Shown here piece by piece: positions 37,811-50,520 of a stretch of 64,000 nt of DNA. The DNA is taken from contig NC_133620.1 of assembly GCF_048593235.1 (NCBI RefSeq), forward strand, positions 441,345,261 through 441,409,260, in the 5' to 3' direction. Below the pieces are notes generated by a model. It made no database searches. It saw only the letters and a program-made list of their open reading frames with translations, and was not told the origin of the DNA. Each line of letters begins with the position of its first letter. Within the stretch, counting starts at the first letter, position 1. The position numbers and the translations under genes were made by a program. Origin of the DNA: Sminthopsis crassicaudata (taxonomy: Eukaryota).

Positions 37811-38720
37811 TAAATTTCCTAGGCCCAGAGGTTCAGGTAGTTTCTGGACCATGATAGGTTCTTTAATGCCTCGTGCATCTTTTCCAAGGCCTTGGCCAGG
37901 CAAAAATCCCTGTCTGAGCATCTGAGAGGTCACAACCTCATTGGGACTAAACATCACTAGGCCCATTTGTGAAAGGAGATCTCGTCCCCACAGGTTAAAG
38001 GGGAGCCCCGGGAGGACATAAGGTTGAATGGTACCTGAATTATTTTCAGAGGCCTCCCATGTAAGCATTTTAGACTCTGCTCAGGGTTGGTAGTTTGGCC
38101 AATGCCCCCAATGTGAGTCAGGGAAGCTGATAATGGCCATGACTTGGGCCATTCTTCCTTTTTTAAAACCGTGGCATCCGCACCAGTTTCAATAAGGCCC
38201 TCAAAGCTTTTTCCATCTAATTTGAGGCTCTGCATAGGTTTTTGTGGCAGAATGCTCTGGACCCAGTAGGCATTAGACGAACCAAAACTCCCCGAGCCAT
38301 GATGGCAAACCCATAAATGTTATTTAGAGGTAAAAGAAGGAGCTGAGCAAGTCTAAGGTCTGCAGGGATCGTAATAGGGAAGGAGTGAGCAGAGGCTGTG
38401 AGTTTAATGAAAGTCACTGTCTACCACAACACCAGGGGGAATGGGGAGGCCAGCAAGGGTAGAGCTGGCTCTTCCCAAAATAAGTCCAAAAAGCCCTTCA
38501 GGGCAGGGGCCATAAATGCCAGTGGGCAACACCTGAGGTCCCATATCGGGTGTTAGTACTGGGCGGGAGGTGGAGCAGAGGTCCAGTCCTGCGCTTCCTG
38601 AGGTGGCTCTGGCCAGTTCTGTGATGCCCCGAGGGCAGGATGGGGGAACCGGGTCAGCCGAGTCGCCCCAAGGCTGAACCCTGGATTTGCTGCCGGGCCT
38701 GGGGCCGGCCCCGAGGGAAG
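37805..38720 (-). pseudogene. pro (dUTPase-protease-G-patch)
   Basis: SGSAGLDL dUTPase, FEGLIETGAD (catalytic D changed to E), G-patch QMLRQGFLPGQGLGK. Confidence 0.9.
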
Positions 38721-40568
38721 TTTCCCTGTTCCGACTGCGGGTGGCCATTGTTATCTGTCCTCTAGCGGCACTGAGAGGCCCAGTGTTTGCCTTTCTCACA
38801 TCTGGGGCAAACGCCAGGATGTCCAGGGCGACCCCGTTTAGGGACGTTACATTGTTTTGCGAAATGACCGAAGCCGCCACAATTAAAGCATTTTGTCTGG
38901 AGCAGGAGTGGAGACGGCCCCGAAAGGGCATCCCGAATGGCCGCGCCAATGGCAACGCCTATCTGACGGCGCACTGGCGAACGTAGTCAGAAAGCGTGCC
39001 CCGCCTTTTAAAACGGCGAATGGCAGCCTGGCAAGCAGAACTGGCGTTGTCAAAGGCAAGTCGGCGAACAAAATCACTGTCCGCCTCAGAAGCGCCGAGG
39101 AGTCTTTCGGCGGCCTCCGTGAGGCGGCTGATAAACTCAGAGTAGGGCTCCTCCGCTTTTTGGCGGATGTTGGCCACGGAAGTGGTGGCGGACCCCTTAG
39201 GGGGGAGTCTTCCCCAAGCTTTGGTGGCCGCATTTTGGATTTGGGTAAATAGGCCCGCTGCATACCGAGTCTGGGCTTCATTGGTGTCATAGGGGCGGGC
39301 GCCAACGAGCATTTCAAAAGACCAGCCAGCACTGTCCCCTCCAGCCTCAGCATTCCGGCGGGCGGTGTCTTTACAAATCTCTTTGAATTCAGATTTCCAC
39401 AGCACAAAGTCCCCCCCACTGAGTGTAGCCCGAGCAAGATGGTGCCAGTCAATGGACGTTAGCCAGAGGTGGTCAAGAGCCTCAAGGATAGAAAGAGTAA
39501 ACGGGGCAACGGGACCATACTGAGAAACAGCAGACTTGAGCTCTCTCAACGTCTTATAGCCGAAGCGTCTACACTCTCGGCGAGGCTCAGGATCCTCCTC
39601 CTCATCTGATTTAACAGGGTGGGCTTCAATTACAGGAAAGGGTTGGAGAGAGCTAGAGGACTCCGAACGCGAACCGCGGGAATGGGAAGACTTAGGCGCA
39701 GGGCGGGGGGGGGGGGGGGCGGGGGGAGCGGGGGCGGCGGGGGCAGGCTGTTGGGAGAGTTCTAAGTCTAAAAGCCTGAGTTCCTTTAAAAGGTCATTGC
39801 GCTCTTTTGTGAGTTGTAAAGTTTCTCGGAGGGATCGGACCTGCGTTTTCAGGTCGCGGGGAGAGGGAGCGGGGGCGGCGGAGGGGGCAGGAGCGGTGTT
39901 AGAGGAGGAGGGGAAAGCGGGCATAATGCAATAGGGTGGCGGGCGCAGAGGGGCAGTAATGTTAGCCTTAGAAAGAACAGGAAAAGCACAATCAGGGTCC
40001 TTGTATCGGGCGGCTTCTCCTCCTAGTTCGGCTGAGCTGGCAGGGTCCAGCGGCTCGTCCCTCAAAGCTACCAAGGGATTCTCCCCGAGAGAGGGGTAGA
40101 TTTTTTTTGTCCGTAGTCTTAGCGGGGAATTGTTTGAGGTCTTGTCTAAAGGCGCGGTAATGGACACAGAGTCCTCCTCCTTTTGTTCTTTTTCATTGTT
40201 AGCTGGGCCTAACTCAAGACTAGAATAGGTGCGCCTGAGAGCACCTTCCAAAAAGGAGGCGCTGTCCTGGATGACTTTATTTACATCGTCATCGTGGCGA
40301 TGGACGGCAGTGAGATCATTGATGCACTCCCAGTAGTTAAAGGCTGTGAGGGGGACCTTGTCAGGCCCAAAAGTTCTGTAATGTCTTTCAGCCATCCACT
40401 CTCTTCCACCTTTTTTCATCTATAGTGCCCTCTTGTGGGAACCACGGGCAAACGGCCTCCAGAAATTGAAACAATTTTACCAAGTCCTTTTTCTTAACCT
40501 TTACGCGTCCTTAAAGAGTCTTTGAGACCCTCAATAAATGGATCGTGAACACTAATGTCCTGTCCCAT
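38690..40568 (-). pseudogene. gag, few frameshifts, 486-codon open central part
   Basis: MGQDIS myristoylation start at 40568, [15 protein letters not shown] late domain, MHR-like IRQKAEEPYSEFISRL, two CCHC knuckles; 3' limit approximate. Confidence 0.92.
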
Positions 40569-40715
40569 TATGCAGACGCCTCACTTACCTCGGGTCTCTG
40601 TGCCTCGGGTCAGGCGGGCCCGCGGCGACCTTTCTTTCTATTTCTCAGACTGCAGTCTTCCTTTCTCCAAGAGTTCGATCCGACAGAAACCGTTGCCTGT
40701 TCCATGATTCTTCGG

Positions 40716-40733
40716 GCCCCACGTGGGGCACCA
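40716..40733 (-). promoter_or_regulatory. PBS, tRNA-Lys1,2-like
   Basis: TGGTGCCCCACGTGGGGC versus TGGCGCCCAACGTGGGGC (2 mismatches), two bases after the LTR CA. Confidence 0.85.
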
Positions 40734-40735
40734 AT

Positions 40736-41068
40736 TGTCCGGTCCAGCGGGGCAAAAACGTGGACCCTAGAAGAGAAGAAGAGGGAACCGGGGACAGGAG
40801 GCGCGAAGAATGGAGACAAGACAGGCTTTCTGATGAAGTCTCGTTTATTGTAGGGATAAGCACAACAGTACACAAAGGGTTAGGAGGAAGTGGGGGATTT
40901 CCATAGGTCTAATGGGGGAGGAGTTAGAACAGTCAGTTTAACCACTGATGGCGATAGTTAAAACAAGGGTATGGTTAGAACAGGGAGCAGAGCGTTGTTA
41001 CTTTGGGTGGGCACTTTCTGAAAATTTGACCTTTACTGGCTTCTTATAATCAGCAATGGTTCCCCACA
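40736..41068 (-). mobile_element. 5' LTR (333 bp)
   Basis: TGTGGGGA...CCGGACA, with AATAAA at 40844-40849 (minus strand). Confidence 0.85.
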
Positions 41069-41172
41069 TTCTGCCCTTCACCCCTCCCCCAAGACAACCA
41101 ATCAAGATACAGGTTGTACATGCAACAATTATATAAAACATTTTCATATTATCCATTTTGTTCAGGAAGAGC

Positions 41173-41218
<46 letters not shown>

Positions 41219-41545
41219 AAGAATAGCATGCTTTAGACACTATCAATTCTTTCTCTGGAGGCAAATAGTATGCTTCATCATTTATTCTTTAGGATTTGTC
41301 TTAGATCACTGTATTGTTGAGAATAGCCAAATCATTCACAGTTGTTCATCAAACAATATTGCTGTTACTGGGTATAATGTTCACCTGGTTCTGTTCACTC
41401 ACTTCATTTTGTATCATGTCATGTAATTCTTTCCAGGTTTTTCTGGTATTATCCTGCTTGTCACTTCTTATACAACAATAATATTCCATACAATAGGCAT
41501 CCCCTTGATTTCCAATTCTTAACCACCACAAAAACAGCTGCTACA
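41069..41545 (-). mobile_element. Old L1 3' UTR fragment, the insertion target of the provirus
   Basis: Minus-strand MEYYCCIRSD-like tail similar to the other L1 3' ends; limits approximate. Confidence 0.6.
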
Positions 41546-41938
41546 ATTATAAAATCCCCTTTTTTTCAAGAAGCCTTTCTCAATTAAACCTAATGCTAAT
41601 GCTTTCCCATTGTTGATTTTCTCCAATTCATCTTTTTTGGGCATAATGGTTTAGATTTTGTTCTTACATTTAGACTGTGAGCTCTTTGAGAACAGAGAGT
41701 AACTACATTTTGTCTTTCTTTTACCCAGTGCTTAGTAAGGTGCTTGGTGCATATTAGATTATTAATGGTTATTTGATTGATTGTTATCCATTCTTTAGGG
41801 AGATCAAAATGACACACCTATGTTAGAATGACGTTACAGTGTGTCTTATTATGTTGATCAGATCAGCACAAATTCAGGATGCTTCTGCCTCAGGCCAGGC
41901 AGAAAAAAATTCACATGAATATTTGGAGTAGATTCTCT

Positions 41939-41941
<3 letters not shown>

Positions 41942-42020
<79 letters not shown>
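41942..42020. repeat. (CT)n microsatellite
   Basis: Seen directly. Confidence 0.95.
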
Positions 42021-42023
<3 letters not shown>

Positions 42024-42893
42024 AATTTTTGCTACTTCAATTCTGCTTTGGTCAAAGCACACATCAGCTTCTTTGATATGGGCTCAACATGCTGGGCCAT
42101 CCTGTGCCAGTGTCTCCCATGTCATACAATCAATTCTAAAGTTCTAAAGAGATCTTGAGATCTTTTTCTGACTACCATATGATCATTTGGCCTCTGTGAA
42201 TTATCCATAAAAGGTTTTTGTGGGGTTTTTTGGTGGTTTTTTTTTTGTTGTTGTTTTTTGTGGAGGATAAAAAAAGGTATTTAATAAATCTTTGTTTACT
42301 AGACTTCTGCAAATTCATTCAAACCTTCACTCAGCACAGCATTTGACACCTAGCAAATGACTGTTGAATTAACTTCCAAGCATCAATTCAAATTCTTCCT
42401 TTTTCTTTCATACTTAGTATAGAGCCTGGCAAAATAATAAACCTTAATTTTTTTTTTTAAATTCATTTATACTATTACTATTTTCCTTTTCTGTTAGCAC
42501 CTTGTTTCCACCTTTTATAAAATCCTAACCCTAAATGCACTGGTCCAGTCCTGATAAAGTTAACAACTGCTAAGCAACTTCCTCAAATTTATTATATTAT
42601 ATATTATTTATTATTATTGTTCAACTCAAATTCAAAATAATACATCTACTTTATTTTCCATCTGATGAAAGACTTTTATTAAAATGTAGGTGTTGACAGC
42701 CTGCCCAGTTTTCATTATTCCAGGATTTGAGCTTATTTCCTAGTGAATGATTATCCCAATTATTGGAGTCCTTTAAATGGAATTCCTTGTACAATTATTC
42801 TGTAGAAATAGAAAGGCTCCTACTGAACAAGATTTCACCTCCTCCCAGAACTATCCTTTTTCTTTATATATGGTGAAGTAATTCCCAAAAGCA

Positions 42894-43881
42894 ATTCTTC
42901 ATAGGTAACAGTTCTCTCCTCCAACCATCATAAGGGATTTATTTTCAGATTGATCCTAAAATCCAGAGACTGAATTTTCTTTTTAAGAACCCTATATTTT
43001 GGATGTAATTATCTTCCTATTTATCATAATTCTTTTTCCCCTTTGTAGATCTCTTCATGTAGAACATTCAAACTTCTAAATCATTTCCTAAGCAAAGAGG
43101 AGAGAATCTGGAGCAGTAGTCTCAAACTTTTTTTGATTGCATGTCTCTGAAAGAAAATTTTTGATCTCACTCTCTGAATAAATATTTACTTATTTACAAA
43201 TTACATATATGTCCTAATAATCTTGTAAAGCTTACACAAAATTATAAAAAGTATGAGATAAAGATAAAATGATATTATATTTTATTCCCAATTGGGAATG
43301 AATAAATGATTAGATTGGTGATTTGTGAAAATTGTTTTGGTAGGTGTGTGAAGGATAGATTAAAGAGAGACCAGAGACAAAGAGACTAATTAGAAAAGAA
43401 TCAGAATTAGTGAGGGTATGAACTACATTAGTGGCATTTAGATAAAGTATGGATATACAAGAGATTTTGGGGGGTAGAAATGACAAGATTTGGCATTTGA
43501 TTAGATATATGGGGTAAGGGATATTGATGGGTCAAGGAAAATACCAGGTAATTGAAGAGATAGTAATGCTTTCAATAGAAATAGGGAAGTTTAGAAGAGG
43601 AACAAGATTGGGATGAAAGGTAATGTAATCCCTACCTACATGTGCTTGCGCATCTTGTGCTAACTAGTTCCTCTTCCACTAATACTTACTCACTTACTAG
43701 ATTGTGCTAATGGCAGGCAGTGAGTGGATAAGTTGCTTTAGGTCTCTATGTGTAGAGTAAGGTTATTACCTCCCTATCCAAGTCGTGCTAGGCTTGTCTC
43801 CATCACAAGCAACAACCTTTATCCCCAATTATTCTTACTATTCCCTACCCTAAAAAGCAGCAGCTTCAGCCATTAGAAAAA

Positions 43882-43947
<66 letters not shown>

Positions 43948-45398
43948 CTCACACAAACTCCTCCTCCTGATGACCTGTGACTATGGCAAGCTCACCATAG
44001 AAGGTGGGTTTTTGTCCTTCAGACAGTATGTTAAAAGGCATCTCCAGTGAACTAGGAAAACATCTTAACAGTTAAATGTTCTGATAAAGGCCTCATTTCC
44101 AAAATATACAGAGAATTGACTCAAATTTATAAGAAATCAAGCCATTCTCCAATTGATAAATGGTCAAAAAATGTGAACAATTTTCAGATGATGAAATTGA
44201 AACTATTTCTACTCATGAAAAGGTGTTCCAAACCATTATTGATCAGAGAAATATAAATTAAGGCAACTCTGAGATACCACTACACACCTGTCAGATTGGC
44301 TAAGATGACAGGAAAAGATAATGACAAATGTTGCAGGGGATGTGGGGAAACTAATGCATTGTTGGTGGAATTGTGAATACATCCAGCCATTCTGGAGAGC
44401 AATTTGGAATCATGCTTAAAAAGTTGTCAAACTGTGCATACCCTTTGATCCAGCAATGTGTTTATATCCCAAAGAGATCTTAAAGGAGGGAAAGGGACCC
44501 CGTATGTGCAAGAATGTTTGTGGCAGCCCTCTTTGTGGTGGCCAGAAACTAGAAACTACATGGATGCCCATCTGTTGGAGAATGGCTGAATAAATTGTGG
44601 TGTATGAATGTTATGGAATATCATTGTTCTGTAAGAAATGACCAGTAGGATGAATACAGAGAGACTTGGAGAGACTTACATGAACTGATGTGAGTGAAAT
44701 GACCAGAACCAGGAGATCATTATACACTTCCACAACGATACTATATGATGATCAATTCTGATGGACACGGGTGCCTTCCATAATGAGAGGATCCAAATCA
44801 GTTCCAATTGATTAGTAATGAACAGAACCAGCTACACCTAGCAAAAGAACTATGGGAAATGAATGTGGACCACAACATAGCATTTACACTCTTTCTGTTA
44901 TTGTTCTTGCATTTTTGTTTTCCTTTTCAGGTTTGTTTTTTTGTTTTGTTTTGTTTTTAACTTTCTAAATCTGATTTTTCTTGTGTAGCAAGACAACTGT
45001 ATAAATATGTATACAAATATTGTATTTAACATATATATACTTTAACATATTTAACATGTATGGGACTACCTGCCATCTAGGGGAGGGGGTGGGGGGAAAG
45101 GAGAGGAAAAATTGAAACAGAAGTTTTTGCAAGGCTCAGTGTTGAAATATTACCCATGCATACATTTTGTCAATAAAAAGCTATTTTAAAAATTAAAATA
45201 AAAATAAATTCTTGGAGAAAAAAAAAGACTTCTTTTTTGATTTAAAGTGAGACTAAGTGGCACAGTATAAACAGGCATAGTGGGATTAGTAATTTTATTG
45301 CAGATCTCAATACATTCTCTTCCTCCTCACTTCCTTTTCTAAACTTTTTTTATTACTGTCAAGATCACCTCCATTCTGGTTACCCAGATTCACAATCT
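42894..45398 (+). repeat. Direct segmental duplication, right copy (2505 bp; probable donor)
   Basis: Matches 31162-33656; its flanks show no truncated elements. Confidence 0.97.
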
Positions 45399-45499
45399 AA
45401 GTTTTATCTTTAACTTATTGTTCCCCTTCATTTTACTATTTGTTTGGTTGACAAATTTGGTTATTTCATCTTCTAAAATAACTTCTGCATGTATCCACT

Positions 45500-45725
45500 G
45501 AGTCACTATTTCATTTCAGGCACAGTGGACTTGGGGTCAGAAAATCTGAGTTCACATCTGGCTTCAAACAGTAGTAGTGTTTTGGGGCAAGTCTCTTCAC
45601 CCTGAATGCCTTAGTTTTTTCATCTATCAAATAAACTGGAAAAGGAAATAGCAAACCACTGCAGTAATAGCAAACCACTGCCAAGAAAACCTCAAATAGG
45701 GTCACAAAGAGTCAAAAACAACTTT
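45500..45725 (+). mobile_element. Mar1-like CORE-SINE with RTE-type tail
   Basis: CORE followed by GAAAAGGAAATAGCAAACCACT...GGGTCACAAAGAGTC. Confidence 0.65.
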
Positions 45726-46328
45726 GCAATGGTCACTAATTGGCCCTCCTGACTCGTCTCATCCCTTCTAATTCATTTTCTTGATTGCTCCTAAAAATTA
45801 TTTTCTTAATGATATGTGATCATGTCATACAGACTCCAGTCATCTCTATTGATTCTGGGATCAAATAACATCTCAGCTTTATCTCATTTAACTTTTATTT
45901 AACTTTCTCATTTCTATTTTGATATATTTTGTAGTTCTTAGTATTGCAATAGTACATTATATGATTTAGAAGAAAATGAACCTACAGTGGGGCCATACTT
46001 TTAAAATGTTTTACATAACTTGATATGGAATCCAAAAAGTGTGGAGATGGCTAGTCTAAAGGATTATCATTTGGAAGACAACAAAAATTTCATTAAATTA
46101 ATTCACCTGAAATGCTACCTTCTTGATTAAGTAAAGTATTTGGCTTAGAAGAGTGATCCTTTCTAAATTTGTAAGGATATTAAGGTTTCTAATATAACTT
46201 TCTTTCAATAAAAGTAAAAAAGAACACCACCATTATCACCCAGGGCCTAAGAATGCAGGATTCACTACACCAGGCTATTTCTGGGATCAATTCTGACTGA
46301 ATGTAAATAGTAATGTCCTTTCTGTGTT

Positions 46329-46478
46329 NNNNNNNNNNNNNNNNNNNNNNNNNNNNNNNNNNNNNNNNNNNNNNNNNNNNNNNNNNNNNNNNNNNNNNNN
46401 NNNNNNNNNNNNNNNNNNNNNNNNNNNNNNNNNNNNNNNNNNNNNNNNNNNNNNNNNNNNNNNNNNNNNNNNNNNNNN
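46329..46478. other. 150-N run of unknown content
   Basis: Seen directly; lies in TE-free sequence downstream of H2B. Confidence 0.95.
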
Positions 46479-47983
46479 CTGCCTCATTTCCTACCTATTT
46501 AGGTTAACTTGAAAAGGCCCAGATTTCCCATTGCATCCAGAGCTATTTCCAGTCATCCTAGGAAGCACAATCGTTTCAACAAAACTCTATAGAGATTTTC
46601 CCCCCTCTCCCTACCTATAGAAAAGTAAAGTTAACTTTGGGGAAAGCATAGGTTTGGCAGTCAAAGGGCCCATATTCAAATCCTGCTTTTCCAGTAATAG
46701 CCTGTCCCAATTTGGGCAACTGACATCCCATCCCCATAATTGTTTTCTCTTCCTGAGCTCTAGACATAGACTTTGGCTTCCCGACATAGATGGGCTGGTT
46801 AATATTTTTAGTTGCTTGTTTATTAGGCAACCCTAGGTCTGGATTCCAGATCAACTACTCTTTTTTAAAAAAGCTTTTTTCTAGACTCACATTAAATCTA
46901 TCTTATTTTGTCCTCAGACTAATGTTAGTAAAAATGTGCCTGATGTGATTGGCTAATATTTTCTAAGAAGGATTTACTTTTTCTAGCTCAGCCGCTGAAG
47001 AAAGTGAAAAAGATGAAAGCAGGAGGAAAAGTCTCTAGGGAAGGATTTTCTTCCGCAGGTCATTGTTAAAACTTGATTGAAGCTCATTTGAAAAGGGAAA
47101 TCGGTTTAATCCTTTGAGGGGGAGAGGGAGGAAGGGGAAGAGCAAAATACCTTCTCTAGGTCTCCCATTCTTGTTTGTTTTCTTTAGCACACAGCCCTGA
47201 ACATTGTAGATGCTCATGTTGTTTTAGAAGATGAAATCTTTCACCTTGTATTGGAGTATTTTGATTCGAAATAAAATGTATGTACTTGTTCCATAATGTC
47301 AGGCATTTAGAGATTGTTTTCACAAATATTCACAAAACTATAACAGATTGAAGGAAAAGATAGAAATGGAATAGAGGAATAGTTTGTTCAATATCTTACA
47401 ATGAATTACACAGTGCATGGAAATCCTGTATTGTAATGCATGGAAGAAGTCCAGGAGGCTCGGAAGTCCTCCAGTGAAAGGAGAGTAAACAGTATCCATT
47501 AGCCAATTCGAAAACGGCGAGGGACTTTCGAATTTTAATGCTACCCAATGGCAAAAGGAGTCCAGTGAATTGGGAGGGTAAAGGTTTTGCTGAAATCAAG
47601 GCATGTTAGCCAGTAATAAAATTTTGCTCCCCACCATCCCACCCCCACGATTTTAAACGACTCCCTATTAAGGTCTTTTTACTTTCATACATCTTAAAAT
47701 AGTGGGACTTGTGAAATGGATGCTGCAAAAAGCAGTCAGCTGCTGAGCTCCATGCAAATAGGTGCCCAAACAGCACGCATTTTAGAAATTGACTACACAA
47801 AGAGGATTTAATTGGACACCAAAAGTTGTTAGGTTAACACAAATCATTTCTAAGCCTGAAGTTCCAAAGCTGGTAAATTTCAACAGCCATTGCTACTTCC
47901 AAGGACATCCCCAGGAAAGCAAGTCATGCTTGCACAACTTCACGGCTTAAGTTAGTTAGAGCTCTTTTTAGGACTAGATAAGT

Positions 47984-47999
47984 GGCTCTGAAAAGAGCC
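47984..47999 (-). terminator. Histone mRNA 3' stem-loop (H2B)
   Basis: GGCTCTTTTCAGAGCC on the minus strand, then HDE-like AAAAAGAGCTC. Confidence 0.97.
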
Positions 48000-48038
48000 T
48001 TTTGTTCACAGGGAGCCTGCCCCTTNNNNNNNNNNNNN

Positions 48039-48419
48039 NNNNNNNNNNNNNNNNNNNNNNNNNNNNNNNNNNNNNNNNNNNNNNNNNNNNNNNNNNNNNN
48101 NNNNNNNNNNNNNNNNNNNNNNNNNNNNNNNNNNNNNNNNNNNNNNNNNNNNNNNNNNNNNNNNNNNNNNNNNNNNNNNNNNNNNNNNNNNNNNNNNNNN
48201 NNNNNNNNNNNNNNNNNNNNNNNNNNNNNNNNNNNNNNNNNNNNNNNNNNNNNNNNNNNNNNNNNNNNNNNNNNNNNNNNNNNNNNNNNNNNNNNNNNNN
48301 NNNNNNNNNNNNNNNNNNNNNNNNNNNNNNNNNNNNNNNNNNNNNNNNNNNNGAGCCTTGGTCACGGCTTTCTTGGAGCCCTTCTTGGGGGCAGGGGCGG
48401 ACTTGGCCGGCTCGGGCAT
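48039..48419 (-). CDS. H2BC21: Histone H2B, core masked (48026-48352); stop inferred
   Basis: MPEPAKSAPAPKKGSKKAVTKA; position and orientation match H2BC21 relative to the two H2A genes and BOLA1. Confidence 0.88.
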
Positions 48420-49146
<727 letters not shown>

Positions 49147-49188
49147 TTTTGGTCTAGCAACTTACACGTGATAACACCAAAGACAAAA

Positions 49189-49204
49189 GGCTCTTTTCAG
49201 AGCC
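49189..49204 (+). terminator. Histone mRNA 3' stem-loop (H2A)
   Basis: GGCTCTTTTCAGAGCC-ACCCA, then AAAAAAGAGCTG. Confidence 0.97.
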
Positions 49205-49293
49205 ACCCATTACATCAAAAAAGAGCTGAAACGCTGAGATGTTGAATTATTTTTTTTCAGTGATAATAGCCCCTTAATCTGATAGAGGAGGGT

Positions 49294-49309
49294 GGCTCTT
49301 AAAAGAGCC
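49294..49309 (-). terminator. Histone mRNA 3' stem-loop (H2A), TTTA loop variant
   Basis: GGCTCTTTTAAGAGCC on the minus strand, then weaker HDE-like TAAGGGGCTA. Confidence 0.95.
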
Positions 49310-49353
49310 GTTTGGGGGGGGTGGAGGGACAAGTTCTAGTCCCCCTTTATCGC

Positions 49354-50084
<731 letters not shown>

Positions 50085-50465
50085 ATGCCTGAACCAGGAA
50101 AATCGGCTCCTGCCCCCAAGAAGGGCTCCAAGAAAGCCGTGACCAAGGCTCNNNNNNNNNNNNNNNNNNNNNNNNNNNNNNNNNNNNNNNNNNNNNNNNN
50201 NNNNNNNNNNNNNNNNNNNNNNNNNNNNNNNNNNNNNNNNNNNNNNNNNNNNNNNNNNNNNNNNNNNNNNNNNNNNNNNNNNNNNNNNNNNNNNNNNNNN
50301 NNNNNNNNNNNNNNNNNNNNNNNNNNNNNNNNNNNNNNNNNNNNNNNNNNNNNNNNNNNNNNNNNNNNNNNNNNNNNNNNNNNNNNNNNNNNNNNNNNNN
50401 NNNNNNNNNNNNNNNNNNNNNNNNNNNNNNNNNNNNNNNNNNNNNNNNNNNNNNNNNNNNNNNNN
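50085..50465 (+). CDS. Histone H2B variant (MPEPGK), core masked (50152-50477); stop inferred
   Basis: MPEPGKSAPAPKKGSKKAVTKA, with promoter and stem-loop. Confidence 0.88.
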
Positions 50466-50504
50466 NNNNNNNNNNNNGGAGTCATCGACTTCCCATGAAA
50501 CAAA

Positions 50505-50520
50505 GGCTCTTTTCAGAGCC
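50505..50520 (+). terminator. Histone mRNA 3' stem-loop (H2B)
   Basis: GGCTCTTTTCAGAGCC-ACCCA, then GAAAAAGATGCT. Confidence 0.97.

Larger units (their letters stand above)
33655..41068 (-). mobile_element. Type-D-like betaretroviral provirus (gag-pro-pol-env), decayed, 3' LTR truncated
   Basis: MPMV-like MA, dUTPase, G-patch, YMDD RT, integrase and gamma-type TM; 5' LTR, PBS and PPT visible. Confidence 0.95.

Noticed and set aside
31162-45398. The 2.5-kb direct repeats as LTRs of a giant element
   Set aside because: No TG...CA ends, PBS, PPT or TSD; they consist of unrelated old repeat fragments.
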